DNA of 37,176 nt from an uncultured Synechococcus sp. (GTDB lineage: Bacteria; Cyanobacteriota; Cyanobacteriia; PCC-6307; Cyanobiaceae), in contig CALJTZ010000423.1 of the NCBI GenBank assembly GCA_937975655.1, positions 1 through 37,176 of the forward strand, given 5' to 3'. How positions within the stretch are numbered: position 1 is the stretch's first letter; each line of letters opens with the position of its first letter. Positions 34,839-37,176 of this stretch are shown one piece after another. The notes under the pieces were generated by a model. That model saw nothing but the letters and a program-made list of their open reading frames with translations. It was not told the origin of the DNA and did not search any database. The position numbers were made by a program, and so were the translations under genes.

Positions 34839-35831
34839 TTACCCCCCACGCAACGCCAGTTCTGCTGCCTCAGCCACATGATGCGGCTGGATGTGCGCCC
34901 GGTACGTGCGAGCGTGCTGGGTTGGCGTGTGGCCCATCAGCCGTGCTGCGGTGAACACGTCCAGCCGGCTGCCACCCTCACGCCACAGACGGCCGGCGTA
35001 GGCATGCCTCAGGGCATAGGGCCGCCATGGCAGCTTGAGCTTGCGCATTTCTTTGGACAGCCACTTCGACACCGCGTCGGGCCGATCGCAGCTCCCAGGC
35101 CGCAGCCGCCGATCATGCAGCTCGAATTGCTCCACCCACTCACGAGGAACCGGAATCACGGTGCGGAACCCTGTCTTGGTGGCCTCGGCCACCTGGCAAT
35201 AGTCCCGGTCAATCAGCTGGGCTCCTTCCACTTCATGCGGCCTGAGCCCGTAGGTGGCCATCATCCCGAAGTACCAGGCTGCAGGCCCTGCGCCTTCAAC
35301 CCAGTCGATGATCTCCTGGTCGGTGGGCACCGTCACCAACTCTGCATGGGTGTAGGTGGGCAGCGGCACCTCTGGGAACTGCACGGCGGCCAGCCTGGCG
35401 ATCTGCCGCAGCAGGTAGAACAACTCCTTGTAGCTGCAGCTGGCTCGGTCGTAGCGCCCCAGGGCCGCCGCGATTGAGTCGCTGGTGACGATTGCACCGT
35501 GCGGGATCTGCCGCAGCCTGCCCATGTAGTTGACCTCCCAGGTGGACTCCGAGGTGCGGCCCAGCACCACTCGGGCACGATGAAGACGCTTGATGGCTTC
35601 GCGCCAGGTCATGCCGCTGTCTTGTTCGTCGCTCCAGTAGCTCCACTCAAAGGTGCCGGTGGCCAGCTGCTTGTTGAGGGTCTCGAGCTGCTTCGCGGCG
35701 CTGCGGCGGTTTACTGGCGTGTCGTCCATCCGCAGGGCGATCCTGGTCTGCTGCAGGCCAGGCTGACCGTCCCGCCGAGGCACGCGGGCAAGCAGGTAGA
35801 GCCGGCCGCGCTGGGCGGTGACGCTGGACAT
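34839..35831 (-). CDS. int: Tyrosine recombinase/integrase
   Basis: YGLRPHE, TKTG, YALRHAY, LMGH....H...Y catalytic set. Confidence 0.93.
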   Translation of the reverse strand: MSSVTAQRGRLYLLARVPRRDGQPGLQQTRIALRMDDTPVNRRSAAKQLETLNKQLATGTFEWSYWSDEQDSGMTWREAIKRLHRARVVLGRTSESTWEVNYMGRLRQIPHGAIVTSDSIAAALGRYDRASCSYKELFYLLRQIARLAAVQFPEVPLPTYTHAELVTVPTDQEIIDWVEGAGPAAWYFGMMATYGLRPHEVEGAQLIDRDYCQVAEATKTGFRTVIPVPREWVEQFELHDRRLRPGSCDRPDAVSKWLSKEMRKLKLPWRPYALRHAYAGRLWREGGSRLDVFTAARLMGHTPTQHARTYRAHIQPHHVAEAAELALRGG

Positions 35832-35869
35832 GGGGAATACGACGCGTACGGGAAGGAACTGTGGCGGCG

Positions 35870-35930
35870 ATGCACGAGTCGTGCATATTCAGCGACATTA
35901 CAGGCCCTTGCTGTCCCTTCCTGTCCCTTG
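35870..35930. repeat. Palindrome plus three 10-bp tandem repeats upstream of int; candidate arm/accessory sites of att
   Basis: ATGCACGA-G-TCGTGCAT (35870-35886); CAGGCCCTTG CTGTCCCTTC CTGTCCCTTG (35901-35930). Confidence 0.65.
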
Positions 35931-35945
35931 CGGTGGAACCGGTCG

Positions 35946-36176
35946 TCAGCCGAGATCGCTTGCGGAGCGGGCAGTTATGGCTTTGCGACAGGCTAAAACC
36001 GCCTCAAGCAAAGCCTCATCAATTTCGCGGATGTCGTACTCACTGGGCAGCACCCCATGGGCATGGCGGTGGACGACCAGCCAGCAGTTGCGCTCGGGAT
36101 CCCGGCTGGTGGCGTCAAAGCTGAACGACTCTTCAGCCAGTTGGTTCACCAGTGCCATGGGCGTCTCGTCAGTCAT
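35946..36176 (-). CDS. Probable host hypothetical protein; possible integration target
   Basis: MTDETPMALV...ERNCWLVVH..HGVLPSEYDIREIDE. Confidence 0.65.
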   Translation of the reverse strand: MTDETPMALVNQLAEESFSFDATSRDPERNCWLVVHRHAHGVLPSEYDIREIDEALLEAVLACRKAITARSASDLG

Positions 36177-36198
36177 CCGCCACACTGGGCTCAGCACC

Positions 36199-36539
36199 AT
36201 GCGGGCCATCATGCCGACCCCTGCCAGCCGTCGCGTTGTGGCCGCCTGGACGAGAGGGCTACTGCTGGCCCTGGCCCCCGGCGCTGCAAAGGCGCAGCTG
36301 GGGCCCACGCCTGAGGCCATCAACGGGCAGCCGCGCAACTTCGGGGCCAGCTGCCCGCTGATCGTTCCAGCTACCCAGGCCGTGTTTCAACCGCTGCGGA
36401 TCCAGCCGTCCGCGGTGGCTGCCAAAAACCGAGCCGGTTGCCTCTCCTCCAGCGATGCCATCTACGGGCCTGATGGCTGCCCGCTACGGTTCTGCACAAG
36501 CGGGCAGGGGGTGATCCCCCTGCCCCCGCTGGGATCACC

Positions 36540-36558
<19 letters not shown>
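36199..36558 (+). CDS. Host secreted Cys-containing hypothetical protein
   Basis: Signal-like LLLALAPGAAKA; GCLSSSDAIYGPDGCP; start 36199 or 36211. Confidence 0.65.

Positions 36559-37176
<618 letters not shown>

Larger units (their letters stand above)
1..35990. mobile_element. Prophage (siphovirus-like, temperate); left end lies outside the window, right boundary approximate
   Basis: Contiguous replication, packaging, head, tail and fibre modules plus an integrase; non-phage-looking genes follow after about 35.95 kb. Confidence 0.93.

Noticed and set aside
34749..35477. 242-aa plus-strand ORF after the RT
   Set aside because: Antisense to the integrase, with no recognisable motifs

Overview
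About 36 kb of a temperate, siphovirus-type prophage, followed by about 1.2 kb of host DNA. The host is probably a high-GC picocyanobacterium (Cyanobium/Synechococcus-like); this is inferred from gene families. From left to right the window holds: a serine recombinase cut by the window edge; a regulatory/replication module (RHH protein, replication protein, PD-(D/E)XK nuclease, many small mosaic ORFs, RusA); packaging genes (TerS, HNH, TerL, portal); head genes; a phage sigma factor; tail genes (two inverted neck genes, tape measure, and a displaced G/GT chaperone with a GGGAAAG frameshift site); tail fibre genes; a complete diversity-generating retroelement (target with VR, avd, TR, RT); and a tyrosine integrase with arm-like repeats at the probable right end. 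Three signals stand out. (1) The DGR is intact, with 17 of 18 TR/VR mismatches at adenines. (2) A SigB/SigF-like sigma factor apparently lacks region 4, and 14 copies of an nGG(C/A/G)A(A/T)(A/C/G)(C/T)T(A/T) motif sit upstream of late genes, suggesting a self-contained late regulon. (3) Short UGU-loop hairpins cluster at the scaffold and capsid translation starts. All calls come from manual reading; no searches were run.
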